A stretch of 64,000 nt of DNA, taken from assembly GCA_963702565.1 (NCBI GenBank), contig CAVPDE010000023.1, forward strand, positions 52,601-116,600, in the 5' to 3' direction. The DNA is from an uncultured delta proteobacterium. GTDB lineage: Bacteria > Desulfobacterota > DSM-4660 > Desulfatiglandales > HGW-15. The notes beneath the pieces are model-generated. The model saw only the letters and a list, made by a program, of their open reading frames with translations. It was not told the DNA's origin and did not search any database. Position numbers and translations under genes: made by a program. Shown one piece after another: positions 1 to 8,956 of the stretch. Each line of letters starts with the position of its first letter. Position 1 is the first letter of the stretch.

Positions 1-1248
1 ACCTACGAGTTCCCGGTGATCATCGGCACAGAGGGAGAGCGGGCCATCGATATCTCCACGCTGCGCCAGCAGACGGGCTTCATCACGTATGACCCGGGAC
101 TCGCCAACTCGGGCACGTGCAAGAGCAGCATCACCTTTATGGACGGTGAAAAAGGGATTCTCCGTTACCGGGGCTACCCGGTGGAGGAGCTTGCGGAGCA
201 TTCGACCTTTGTGGAGACAGCCTATCTGCTCATCAACGGCGAGCTGCCGAGCCGCAAAGAACTGACCCGGTTTTCCGTGATGCTCAACGACCATTCCCTG
301 GTTCACGAAGACATGCGGGAGTTTTTCCAGAACTTTCCCAGAAGAGCCCATCCCATGGGCATCCTGTCCTCCATGGTGAACGCGCTGCGTTTCTTTTACC
401 CGGAAATCTCCGACCACGACGAAGAAATCAACATGACCACCACCAGGCTGCTCTCCAAGGTGCGGACCATGGCAGCCATATCGTACAAGATCTCCAGAGG
501 GCACAGGGTGGTCTATCCCAGGCCGGACCTTTTGTATGCGGCGAATTTCCTGAACATGATGTTCGACTCGCCCGTGATGCCGTATCAGCTGGACCGGGAC
601 GTGGTGCATGCCCTGAACGTGTTCTGGATCCTTCACGCAGACCATGAGCAGAACAGCTCGACCGCTGCCGTTCGGCTGGTGGGGAGTTCGAGGGTAAATC
701 TTTATGCCGCCATCTCTGCTGGAGTCAATGCCCTGTGGGGGCCGCTCCACGGCGGGGCCAACCAGGCGGTGGTGGAGATGCTGACTGCGATTCAAGCGAG
801 CGGAGGGGACGTGGCCCCCTTCATTGCCAGGGCAAAGGACAAGAATGACTCTTTCAGGCTCTCGGGCTTCGGGCACAGGGTTTACAAGACCTATGACCCG
901 AGGGCCAAAATCATCAAGAAAGTCTGTGACAAGGTGCTGGCCAAGCTGAAGGTCCAGGATCCGCTGCTTGACATTGCCATGAAACTGGAGGAGGTCGCCC
1001 TAAAAGATCCTTATTTCATCGACCACCACCTCTACCCGAATGTGGACTTTTACAGCGGGATCGTGCTGCGGGCCATGGGGATCCCAGTGAACATGTTTAC
1101 GGTCATGTTTGCCATCGGTCGTCTGCCTGGATGGATCAGCCAATGGAAAGAAAGCATTGATGATCCCGAGGGTAAGCTCCACCGGCCGCGCCAGATCTTC
1201 ACCGGCCACAACACGAGGCGCTATGTGCCCATCGAGGACAGGGGCTAG
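1..1248 (+). CDS. gltA: Citrate synthase, 5' end cut by window edge
   Basis: Frame is open from nt 1 (TYEFPVIIGTEG...). LHADHEQN, GPLHGGAN and GFGHRVYKTYDPRA are canonical citrate synthase motifs. Stop at 1246-1248. Confidence 0.92.
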   Translation, partial: TYEFPVIIGTEGERAIDISTLRQQTGFITYDPGLANSGTCKSSITFMDGEKGILRYRGYPVEELAEHSTFVETAYLLINGELPSRKELTRFSVMLNDHSLVHEDMREFFQNFPRRAHPMGILSSMVNALRFFYPEISDHDEEINMTTTRLLSKVRTMAAISYKISRGHRVVYPRPDLLYAANFLNMMFDSPVMPYQLDRDVVHALNVFWILHADHEQNSSTAAVRLVGSSRVNLYAAISAGVNALWGPLHGGANQAVVEMLTAIQASGGDVAPFIARAKDKNDSFRLSGFGHRVYKTYDPRAKIIKKVCDKVLAKLKVQDPLLDIAMKLEEVALKDPYFIDHHLYPNVDFYSGIVLRAMGIPVNMFTVMFAIGRLPGWISQWKESIDDPEGKLHRPRQIFTGHNTRRYVPIEDRG

Positions 1249-1328
1249 CCATGGGTGGAGTTCTTTCTTATGTCATTTCGAAGAAGCGAAGCGACTGAGA
1301 AATCTTGTTGAGGCAAGGGAACAGGGAC

Positions 1329-1850
1329 ATGGATCTTTCCGTTTTTGAAAACATGAAGGAACCGGAACTGCGGAAGTATATCGAGTTCCTTCTCTGGCAC
1401 TACCGTGTGATGGACGCTTTCTGGTTCATCAAGGTCGGCGAGCGGTTCGGGCAGACAACGGCCGAGCGGGTCAACGAAGACGTCTGGGGCAAGATTGCGG
1501 GAATGGCGGGCAAGGACCTTGTCAGCCGGTTTGAGATCAAGGAGAAGGGGCTCGGAGGATTCGTCAAGGCCCTACGCTTCTGGCCCTGGTGCATCCACAT
1601 CGGATACCGGATTGAAGAATCGCCCGTGGAGGTCATCATCACAGTGCCGTCCTGCGCCACCCAGGAGGCTCGGATCAAACGAAACCTGGGAGAGTATGAC
1701 TGCAAGGAAATGCACCGGCGCGAGTTCGACTTTTTCGCCAAGGAGATTGATCCTCGCATCCAGACGCAGTGTGTCTTTGCGCCCCCTGATCCCCATCCAG
1801 CAGACATGTTCTGCAAGTGGCGGTTTTACCTGGAAGACAAGAGGGAGTAA
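1329..1850 (+). CDS. Small conserved Cys-motif protein of unknown function (looks like DUF6125 / ATC-hydrolase-like families; family name recalled, unverified)
   Basis: ATG at 1329 (the ORF-track start at 1305 is TTG). About 50% identical by eye over its full length to the ORF at 37079-37588 (shared [32 protein letters not shown]). Stop lies 1 nt before the next ATG. Confidence 0.6.
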   Translation: MDLSVFENMKEPELRKYIEFLLWHYRVMDAFWFIKVGERFGQTTAERVNEDVWGKIAGMAGKDLVSRFEIKEKGLGGFVKALRFWPWCIHIGYRIEESPVEVIITVPSCATQEARIKRNLGEYDCKEMHRREFDFFAKEIDPRIQTQCVFAPPDPHPADMFCKWRFYLEDKRE

Positions 1851-1851
1851 T

Positions 1852-2646
1852 ATGCCCCGCTCCTCAATTGCTTCACGTCGTTCCAAAGAGAAGCTTGAGG
1901 CTCTCTATCTCGCATACAATCGCCGATGTTACGTCCACCCCGACCCTCTCGAGTTCCTCTACGGTTTCCACGACCCGTTGGATGTCGAGGTCGTGGGATT
2001 CATTGCTTCATCCTTGGCCTATGGGAACGTCAAGCAGATCCTGAGAAGCGTCTCCCTGGTCCTGACCAAAATGGGGCCATGCCCATCAGCTTTTCTTCTC
2101 AACTCGCCGTTCAATCGGATTGCCGGCACCTTTTCAGAATTCAAACACCGGTTCACGACCGGACAAGACCTTGCCCGCCTGCTCTGGGGCGTGCGGCGGG
2201 TCATTGAGGAGCACGGTTCCCTTCAGAAGTGCTTCATGTCCCGTTTTCACCGTGATGACCCCACCGTGATCCCGGCCCTTTCAGCCTTTGTGGAGAGTGT
2301 ATTTCCCGAGGGATGTGATTTCCTGATGCCAGCTCCATGCAAAGGGAGCGCCTGCAAAAGGCTCAACCTTTTCCTGCGCTGGATGGTGAGACGCGACGAC
2401 GTTGATCCCGGCGGATGGGATGGGGTGCCTCCCTCCAAACTGCTTGTTCCGCTCGACACCCACATGCATCGCATCGCCATGACGCTGGGGCTCACAAAGC
2501 GAAAACAGGCAGACTTGCGTACAGCCATAGAAATCACAGAGGCATTCAGGAAACTGTGCCCCAGCGACCCAGTGCGATACGATTTTGTCCTGACCCGCTT
2601 TGGGATCCGAAAAGATCTGGACCCAGCAGCGCTTTTCTGCAACTGA
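1852..2646 (+). CDS. TIGR02757/DUF2400 family protein
   Basis: ATG at 1852 is in frame with the long 1495-2646 ORF, whose first 119 codons overlap the previous gene. Sequence (HPDPLEFLY, SLAYGNVKQI, KRLNLFLRWMVR, PLDTHMHR) matches my recollection of the DUF2400 family. Confidence 0.65.
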   Translation: MPRSSIASRRSKEKLEALYLAYNRRCYVHPDPLEFLYGFHDPLDVEVVGFIASSLAYGNVKQILRSVSLVLTKMGPCPSAFLLNSPFNRIAGTFSEFKHRFTTGQDLARLLWGVRRVIEEHGSLQKCFMSRFHRDDPTVIPALSAFVESVFPEGCDFLMPAPCKGSACKRLNLFLRWMVRRDDVDPGGWDGVPPSKLLVPLDTHMHRIAMTLGLTKRKQADLRTAIEITEAFRKLCPSDPVRYDFVLTRFGIRKDLDPAALFCN

Positions 2647-2654
2647 TCTTTATC

Positions 2655-2800
2655 GTGTTGCTGAAAAACGCCCATCTACGGCGTTGCCCTCACCCCTCGT
2701 CGTTGGGGCGTACTGGAGTGTACGACTCACTCCTCGGGTTTTCGGGCGCCTTGTATCTGGGCGTTTTTGAGCAACCCGCAAAAACGATCTGTTTCAGCAT
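2655..2800. repeat. Structured intergenic element (nested inverted repeats)
   Basis: 'tgctgaaaaacgccca' (2659-2674) is the reverse complement, 15/16, of 'tgggcgtttttgagca' (2758-2773). Inner hairpin ggagtg (2715-2720) / cactcc (2728-2733). Confidence 0.5.
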
Positions 2801-2879
2801 CGTGCTGTGGAACCAATTTCGTTCAACTTGCCGCGGGGTAGATCATTGCTAACTTACAGGCAATGACAAGGAGACTGCC

Positions 2880-3797
2880 ATGAAAGTCTTTATCACCGGC
2901 GGAACGGGTTTTGTAGGAACCACCCTCACCCAGAAACTCGCTCAAGAGGGAAACGAAGTCACCCTTCTGACGCGCAGCGTCAAGAGCCATCCGACTGCGC
3001 TCCAGGGCGTCTCCTATGTCGAAGGAGATCCCACTCAGAAAGGAGTCTGGCAGGAAAGGGTTGCGGACCAGGATGTGGTGATCAATCTCGCAGGCGCCTC
3101 CATCTTCAGGCGATGGAGCGATACGGCCAAGAAACTGATCTGGGACAGCCGGATTCAGACAACACAGAATCTCGTTGAAGCTCTCTCGGCAAGGAAGGGT
3201 AAGAAGACCGATCTCTTAAGCACCTCCGCTGTAGGGTTTTATGGTTTTCACGAGGATGAGGTGTTCGATGAAAGCAGCCCTTCTGGAGAAGGTTTCCTGG
3301 CCGACCTGTCAAAGGAGTGGGAATCGGCCGCCATGGAGGCAAAAGATTACGGCGTGCATGTGAGCCTCATGCGATTCGGAATTGTGCTGGGCAGGCGGGG
3401 AGGGGCGTTGCAGCAGATGATCACTCCATTCAAATGGTGGATGGGGAGCCCTCTGGGTGGCGGGAACCAGTGGTTTTCATGGATTCATGAGCAGGATCTT
3501 GTCGACATCTTCCTCTATCTCATCAAAGAAAAGAAAATCTCAGGCGCAGTAAACTGCACTGCTCCTAACCCAGTGACAAACCGCGAGTTGACGCAAAAGA
3601 TTGGTGAGGTTCTGGGCAAACCCACCTTCATGCCCGCGGTGCCGGGGTTTGTGATGAGCCTCATGCTTGGGGAATTCGGTTCCGTGCTTTTGAAGGGCCA
3701 GAGGGTCGTGCCGAAAAAACTTCTGGATGCAGGGTTCCGCTTCTCTTTCCCGGATCTCCGAAGCGCCTTAAAGGACCTGCTCACTACGCTCTCGTGA
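2880..3797 (+). CDS. TIGR01777-type (YfcH/SDR39U1-like) NAD-dependent epimerase family protein
   Basis: N-terminal Rossmann motif ITGGTGFVG. Length and C-terminal segment are typical of the DUF1731-containing epimerase family. AAGGAG lies 6 nt upstream of the ATG. Confidence 0.8.
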   Translation: MKVFITGGTGFVGTTLTQKLAQEGNEVTLLTRSVKSHPTALQGVSYVEGDPTQKGVWQERVADQDVVINLAGASIFRRWSDTAKKLIWDSRIQTTQNLVEALSARKGKKTDLLSTSAVGFYGFHEDEVFDESSPSGEGFLADLSKEWESAAMEAKDYGVHVSLMRFGIVLGRRGGALQQMITPFKWWMGSPLGGGNQWFSWIHEQDLVDIFLYLIKEKKISGAVNCTAPNPVTNRELTQKIGEVLGKPTFMPAVPGFVMSLMLGEFGSVLLKGQRVVPKKLLDAGFRFSFPDLRSALKDLLTTLS

Positions 3798-5469
3798 GTT
3801 GCCGATACTTGATCCTATGCGGTTGAGCTGCGGCATCCCCTAGGCGCGCCCTCTTGTCCGCTTCGTACTCCGTGTAATTCCCGTCAAACCAGATCGCCTT
3901 GCTTTCCCCCTCAAAAGCGAGAATGTGCGTGCAGATCCTGTCCAGGAACCACCGGTCGTGGCTGATCACCAGGGCGCACCCTCCGAAACTCTCCAGGGCT
4001 TCTTCCAGGGCTCGCATGGTATTCACATCCAGGTCATTGGTCGGCTCGTCCAGGAGAAGAACATTGGCGCCTGACTTGAGCATCCTGGCCAGATGAACGC
4101 GGTTTCGTTCCCCGCCCGAGAGAAGGCCGACCTTCTTCTGCTGGTCCGTGCCCGAGAAATTGAACCGCGCCACGTAGGCGCGGGAGTTCACCTCACGCTC
4201 ACCCAGCTTGATGGTGTCCAGCCCTTCTGAAATCATCTCCCAGATGTTCTTTTTGGGATCGAGCACGTCTCGGCTCTGGTCCACATAGGCGAGCTTCACG
4301 GTCGGGCCGAGCCGGATCGCGCCTGAAGAAGGCTCATCCTGACCCGTGATGATTCTGAAAAGCGTGGTTTTTCCGGCTCCGTTGGGGCCGATGATGCCTG
4401 CGATGGCTCCGGGTGGAACAGAGAAGGAGAGGTTTTCCATGAGGAGTCGGTCGCTGTAAGCCTTTGAGAGATTCTTTGCCTCAATGACCAGATCGCCCAG
4501 TCGGGGACCGGGCGGGATGAAGATCTCGAGATCCCTGTCCTGTTTGTCGGTCTCCTGACTCACGAGGGCTTCATAAGCACTGATCCTGGCCTTGGATTTT
4601 GCGTGTCGGCCCTTGGGGCTCATTCGAATCCACTCCAGTTCACGCTGCAGGGTCCTCTGCCTTTTGCTCTCGCTTTTTTCTTCCCGCTGGAGCCGGGTGC
4701 GCTTCTGTTCCAGCCAGGAGGAATAATTGCCCTTCCAGGGGATGCCCTCCCCCCGATCCAGCTCCAGGATCCACTCGGCCACATTGTCCAGGAAGTAGCG
4801 GTCATGGGTGACGGCGATCACCGTGCCGGGATAGTTCTGGAGATGGTGCTCCATCCAGGCGACGGACTCGGCATCCAGGTGGTTGGTCGGCTCGTCCAGG
4901 AGCAGGATGTCCGGCTGTTGAAGCAGGAGCCGGCACAGGGCAACGCGGCGTCTTTCCCCTCCGGAGAGGATCTTGACCGGTGTTTCCCCGGGCGGGCACC
5001 GAAGAGCGTCCATGGCCATTTCGAGCCGGGAGTCCAAGTCCCAGGCGTTCATGGCATCGATCTTTTCCTGGACCTCGCCCTGGCGCTCGATGAGCTTGTT
5101 CATCTCATCGTCCGACATGGGTTCTGCGAATTTCTCGCTGATTCGATTGAACTCGTTGAGCAGATCCACTACCGGCCGCACGCCTTCTTCGACGATTTGT
5201 TTGACGGTTTTGGTGTTGTCGAGTTGCGGTTCCTGTTCGAGAAGGCCCACCGTGTATCCCGGAGAAAGAATGGTCTCCCCGTTGAATTCCTTGTCCACCC
5301 CTGCAAAGATCCGGAGCAATGAACTCTTGCCCGAGCCGTTGAGGCCCAGCACACCGATCTTTGCCCCGTAGAAATAGGAGATGGAGATGTCCTTGAGCAC
5401 AGGCTTCTTGTCGTAGTACTTGCTCACCCGGATCATGGAGTAGATGATTTTGTTCGGTTCAGGAGCCAT
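3784..5469 (-). CDS. ettA: Energy-dependent translational throttle protein EttA (ABC-F)
   Basis: Two ABC cassettes: Walker A GLNGSGKSS and GPNGAGKTT, signatures LSGGERRR and LSGGERNR. N-terminus MAPEPNKIIYSM... is EttA-like. Start placed at ATG 5469 rather than the ORF-track 5511. The 3' end overlaps the convergent gene by 14 nt. Confidence 0.9.
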   Translation of the reverse strand: MAPEPNKIIYSMIRVSKYYDKKPVLKDISISYFYGAKIGVLGLNGSGKSSLLRIFAGVDKEFNGETILSPGYTVGLLEQEPQLDNTKTVKQIVEEGVRPVVDLLNEFNRISEKFAEPMSDDEMNKLIERQGEVQEKIDAMNAWDLDSRLEMAMDALRCPPGETPVKILSGGERRRVALCRLLLQQPDILLLDEPTNHLDAESVAWMEHHLQNYPGTVIAVTHDRYFLDNVAEWILELDRGEGIPWKGNYSSWLEQKRTRLQREEKSESKRQRTLQRELEWIRMSPKGRHAKSKARISAYEALVSQETDKQDRDLEIFIPPGPRLGDLVIEAKNLSKAYSDRLLMENLSFSVPPGAIAGIIGPNGAGKTTLFRIITGQDEPSSGAIRLGPTVKLAYVDQSRDVLDPKKNIWEMISEGLDTIKLGEREVNSRAYVARFNFSGTDQQKKVGLLSGGERNRVHLARMLKSGANVLLLDEPTNDLDVNTMRALEEALESFGGCALVISHDRWFLDRICTHILAFEGESKAIWFDGNYTEYEADKRARLGDAAAQPHRIKYRQLTRA

Positions 5470-5654
5470 AAGGTCTACAAACCTCCTCTGAGTTCGAAAA
5501 TGGGATAGCACAGAGGCTTGTTTTTGGGAAGGGGAATCTAGAAACCACTCCGGACTTCATTCCCGTGCATATGGGCGCGCAGCATCCTGTCATCCCGCCC
5601 AAGTTCCGCAGAGCGGGAGGCGAGCCGGGATCCAGAAGATTTCTAATAGCAGTC

Positions 5655-7277
5655 TTACACGTCGATCCAGGTGCCGTCCAGAGTGCGCACCGACCTGTAT
5701 TTCGTCCAAACTTCCAGAAAGATATCAGCCTTGAATCCGGGCAAGGCCTCAAAACCCCCTTTCGTGGCCGCGTAAAGCCGTCTCTCGTCCAACAGCTTTC
5801 GAAGAAGTTGCGCCCCGAGTTTTTCTCTGTGTCCTGCGCTTTCCGCCTGCTTCAGAGCGTCCTGAAGCGACACCTTCTCTCCTGTCAGTCGCAGGCCTTT
5901 CAGGAAATTGATGATCCGCGCTGTGATGAAGAGAGTGTAAAGGTCGTCACGCCGGAACTGATCCGTTTCAATCGCCATAGCGGTAGATCTGGACTTGAAG
6001 ATGTCCGATTCGGTCATCTCAGGGAACTCCCCGGCGATCGGGCAGCCGGGAGTCAGGTAGAAGATGGATGCTCCGATGAGCACGGGTAGAGAGGCCATCA
6101 GAGCCATGGTATCCACCATGTCATCCGGAGTCTCGTAAGGGATCCCCAGAATCTGGTAGGAGACAATATCGAATCCAAGGCTGTGAGCCTGATTCACCAC
6201 ATCGAGATATTTGTTAAGCGTATGCGGCCGCTTGAGCCTGGTCAGAACATCGGCGTTGGCGCTCACCAGGGAGATGTTCAAGCTTCGAAAGCCCGCTTTT
6301 TTCATAAGCTCCAGGATTTCCCGGTCAAGGCTCAAATAGGATATCCCGTTCATAGCCACGAGACGCAGGTCGTCTTCAGGAAACTCCGCGATGAGAGCAT
6401 TCAATATCGTCTTTAGGTCTTCCTTGGAAAAGCTCAGGTTGTCGTCTTCGAAATCAAAGACACGATATCCTTCGGAGTAGCGCTGCCTGATCTCGGAGAG
6501 AACATTGGCTGAGGAACGTCTCCGGAATTTGTCGCCGAAGGTGAGATGGACAGAGCAGAACGTGCATTGATGAGGGCAACCTCTTGATGTTGTGATGAAG
6601 CAAAGGGGTTTCTTCTCGAACAAATAACCGTTCGGGCGGAGATCAGAGAAATCGGCGAGAGGGAGTTCATCCAAAGCGAAGTTCTCGGCCATGGGGTTGA
6701 GAACTGGTTCTCCGTTTCGTTTGAATCCGAGGTTCGGCACGCTCTCCAGAGGCAGCCCCGCCTTCCATGCTTTCAGGAATTCTACGAAAGGCCTTTCCCC
6801 TTCTCCGCGGATGATGAAGTCCACGCTCGAATCATTGAGCACGGAAAGGGGAGCGGCGGAAACGTGAGAACCGCCCATGAGGATGGGGATGTTCAAGCGC
6901 TTCTTTATTTCGCGGGCACAGGCAAGGGCTTCCCGGTGATAGGGGGAGAAGAGGGACGAGATGCCCACCAGATCGGGCTTTTCATAAGTCACATCCTTCG
7001 CGATCTCTTCAAAGGAAGCACCGAAATGGTAGTAGTGAAAAAAGGTGGAGAAGGGGCTTGAGTCAGGATATTTGAAGTGCTGGCGGAGGTAGGAAAGCTC
7101 GGCGGGCAGAGGAATGGTTTTGCGTCCGTGTCCCTGGTGATAGTCCCTGACAGTCACCTGCATGTTGGGCAGGAACTTCTTGGCTGCCGCCTTGAGCATG
7201 CAGAGCCCCAGGGGCTGAAGCCGGATGTCTGTGTCGTAGAAATCCTGAACTGGAGGCTGAATGAGCAGGATTTTCAT
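5655..7277 (-). CDS. B12-binding-domain radical SAM protein
   Basis: N-terminal cobalamin-binding-like domain followed by the radical SAM cluster motif CPHQCTFCS (CxxxCxxC). Confidence 0.85.
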   Translation of the reverse strand: MKILLIQPPVQDFYDTDIRLQPLGLCMLKAAAKKFLPNMQVTVRDYHQGHGRKTIPLPAELSYLRQHFKYPDSSPFSTFFHYYHFGASFEEIAKDVTYEKPDLVGISSLFSPYHREALACAREIKKRLNIPILMGGSHVSAAPLSVLNDSSVDFIIRGEGERPFVEFLKAWKAGLPLESVPNLGFKRNGEPVLNPMAENFALDELPLADFSDLRPNGYLFEKKPLCFITTSRGCPHQCTFCSVHLTFGDKFRRRSSANVLSEIRQRYSEGYRVFDFEDDNLSFSKEDLKTILNALIAEFPEDDLRLVAMNGISYLSLDREILELMKKAGFRSLNISLVSANADVLTRLKRPHTLNKYLDVVNQAHSLGFDIVSYQILGIPYETPDDMVDTMALMASLPVLIGASIFYLTPGCPIAGEFPEMTESDIFKSRSTAMAIETDQFRRDDLYTLFITARIINFLKGLRLTGEKVSLQDALKQAESAGHREKLGAQLLRKLLDERRLYAATKGGFEALPGFKADIFLEVWTKYRSVRTLDGTWIDV

Positions 7278-7291
7278 AATACCGGTCCTGC

Positions 7292-8146
7292 TTACTTCTT
7301 TCCTTGCTTCTCTAGTTCTTTGTCTATGGCCGCCTGAAATCCTTCCAGGTTGGTATTGCGCAATAGAGTCCCGTTGACATAGATGGTCGGGGTTCCTCTC
7401 ACCCCAGCCTTTGCGCCGTCCTGATAATCCTGGTTGATGGCCTGCATGATTTGGGGATCATTCATGTCTTTATTGAACTTTTGCATGTCGAGCCCGAGCT
7501 GCTGGGCCTGTTCCTGCACAACCTGATCGTTCAGACGATTGTGGTTCTGAAAGAGGCGGTCATGGTATTCCCAGAATTTCCCCTGCTTCCCTGCTGCGAG
7601 TGCTGCCGCTGCGGCCTTCCGGGCGAACTGATGGGTGTTCAGGGGGAAATTCTTGAACACGAGTTTGACCTTGCCCTTATTTTTTTCGAGCACCTGATCG
7701 AGGAGCGGCACAATCTTCGCGCAGTAGGGACACTGGAAGTCGGTGAACAGCACGATGGCCACCGGAGCGTCCGCCGCCCCCTTGGAAGGCGAGCCTGCCA
7801 CATTGAACTCCTGCACAAACTCAAGGACCGCAAGCTGAACGGTTTTCTTTTTGCTGCTCACGAGGAGAAGGATTTCTTCTCTTGGGCCGGCCTTGATAGA
7901 GTCAACGGATTTGTCGACCGGTATGGTGTCACTCAGTTTACCGTCCGGTCCGTAAACCAGCACTTTCCCCTTGTCCGTGAGAACAAAGATATATTTCCCG
8001 CCCGCTGAAAGCGCGCTGTCCACAGGCGTCTCTTCCAGCGTCAGAGTCCTGGCGACAGTCATTTCCACTTCAGCATAGCTCGAAGCGGAAGCAACAAGTC
8101 CTATTAATAAGGGTAGGATCAGAAAAACAGCGAATTTTATTTTCAT
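7292..8146 (-). CDS. Secreted DsbA-like thioredoxin-fold oxidoreductase with an N-terminal extra domain
   Basis: Start moved to ATG 8146 (MKIKFAVFLILPLLIGLVASASSYA signal peptide, GGAGGAG upstream). CPYC active-site motif in FTDFQCPYCAK. Only 14 nt upstream of the radical SAM gene. Confidence 0.75.
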   Translation of the reverse strand: MKIKFAVFLILPLLIGLVASASSYAEVEMTVARTLTLEETPVDSALSAGGKYIFVLTDKGKVLVYGPDGKLSDTIPVDKSVDSIKAGPREEILLLVSSKKKTVQLAVLEFVQEFNVAGSPSKGAADAPVAIVLFTDFQCPYCAKIVPLLDQVLEKNKGKVKLVFKNFPLNTHQFARKAAAAALAAGKQGKFWEYHDRLFQNHNRLNDQVVQEQAQQLGLDMQKFNKDMNDPQIMQAINQDYQDGAKAGVRGTPTIYVNGTLLRNTNLEGFQAAIDKELEKQGKK

Positions 8147-8357
8147 CGGAACTCCTCCGTTTATATCTATATAAAGGATATGAAGAGCTCTGTAAATAGG
8201 ATCAAATTGTTGCGCGCATGATCGCGCGAGGCATCCGTGATAAATGGCGGGCATGCATTGACTTGGCGCGGATGAGGATTAAATTAGAATTAGAATTTAA
8301 AAGGGAGAATAGGCAACAGCCGGGTATCGGTGGGAAACCTGCAAGGGTGAAAAACAA

Positions 8358-8600
8358 ATGGATCTCAAGAAGATATTGCTCGATAGATTCGAAAAGAAGG
8401 GTATTGAACCGGTGCTGATTCCTGGTCTGCTCAAGAATATTCTGGCCACCCTAAAGGACAGGCCTGACATTACTCATGAAGAAGTGAGCGAAAAGCTTCA
8501 CTATATCGGATGGAACGATTTCGATCTGGATGAGAACACCATGCAGATCATTATAGCGGACTATGAAGCCAGTGCGCCGACTCATCCCACCTACATGTGA
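8358..8600 (+). CDS. Hypothetical protein (80 aa)
   Basis: ATG-initiated ORF with non-repetitive composition. I recognise no family. Confidence 0.4.
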   Translation: MDLKKILLDRFEKKGIEPVLIPGLLKNILATLKDRPDITHEEVSEKLHYIGWNDFDLDENTMQIIIADYEASAPTHPTYM

Positions 8601-8658
8601 CATCTAAGTTCTTCTGATCTTACCGAAGTCCCGGCGCTGAGAAAGGTCGGGGTCTATC

Positions 8659-8883
8659 ATGAAACAGGGAAGAAATCCGATTTACAGGAAGGGAGGGAGG
8701 AATCCTTTCTGTTCCAGCTATGCCCTTTGCCTGGACGAGGCCATCGGGAAATCATGGCTTTTTTGGGATTGCTCAGAATGCGAATTCAAGGCCAGCCGTG
8801 ATCCCAAAACGGAGATCATGAACAGATCGAATGACTCCATGCCATACTACGAGATCACGATCGAAACCTCCGATGACCTTTAG
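8659..8883 (+). CDS. Hypothetical Cys-containing small protein (74 aa)
   Basis: ORF with Cx5C...CxxC spacing (FCSSYALC, DCSEC). No family recognised and the RBS is weak. Confidence 0.35.
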   Translation: MKQGRNPIYRKGGRNPFCSSYALCLDEAIGKSWLFWDCSECEFKASRDPKTEIMNRSNDSMPYYEITIETSDDL

Positions 8884-8956
8884 GTCCACCTATTCACCAC
8901 AGAGGCACAGAGCATGCGGAGGGAGATTATTTTTCTCTTTGCTGTGGTGAGTCAAA

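Noticed and set aside
1109-1348. 79-aa ORF spanning the citrate synthase 3' end, and the intergenic motif 'tcatttcgaagaagcgaagcgactgagaaatc'
   Set aside because: The ORF overlaps gltA out of frame. The motif resembles short dispersed intergenic repeats seen in many genomes, but I see only one copy here and cannot support a feature call.
1495-1851. N-terminal 119 codons of the 383-aa ORF 1495-2646
   Set aside because: This part overlaps the well-supported 1329-1850 gene in another frame and is Arg/Ser-rich. The DUF2400-like sequence begins at ATG 1852.
8884-8956. Inverted repeat 'caccacag...ctgtggtg' between convergent genes, considered as a bidirectional terminator
   Set aside because: The stem is only ~8 bp with a ~35-nt loop and no flanking T-run, which is not convincing as an intrinsic terminator.
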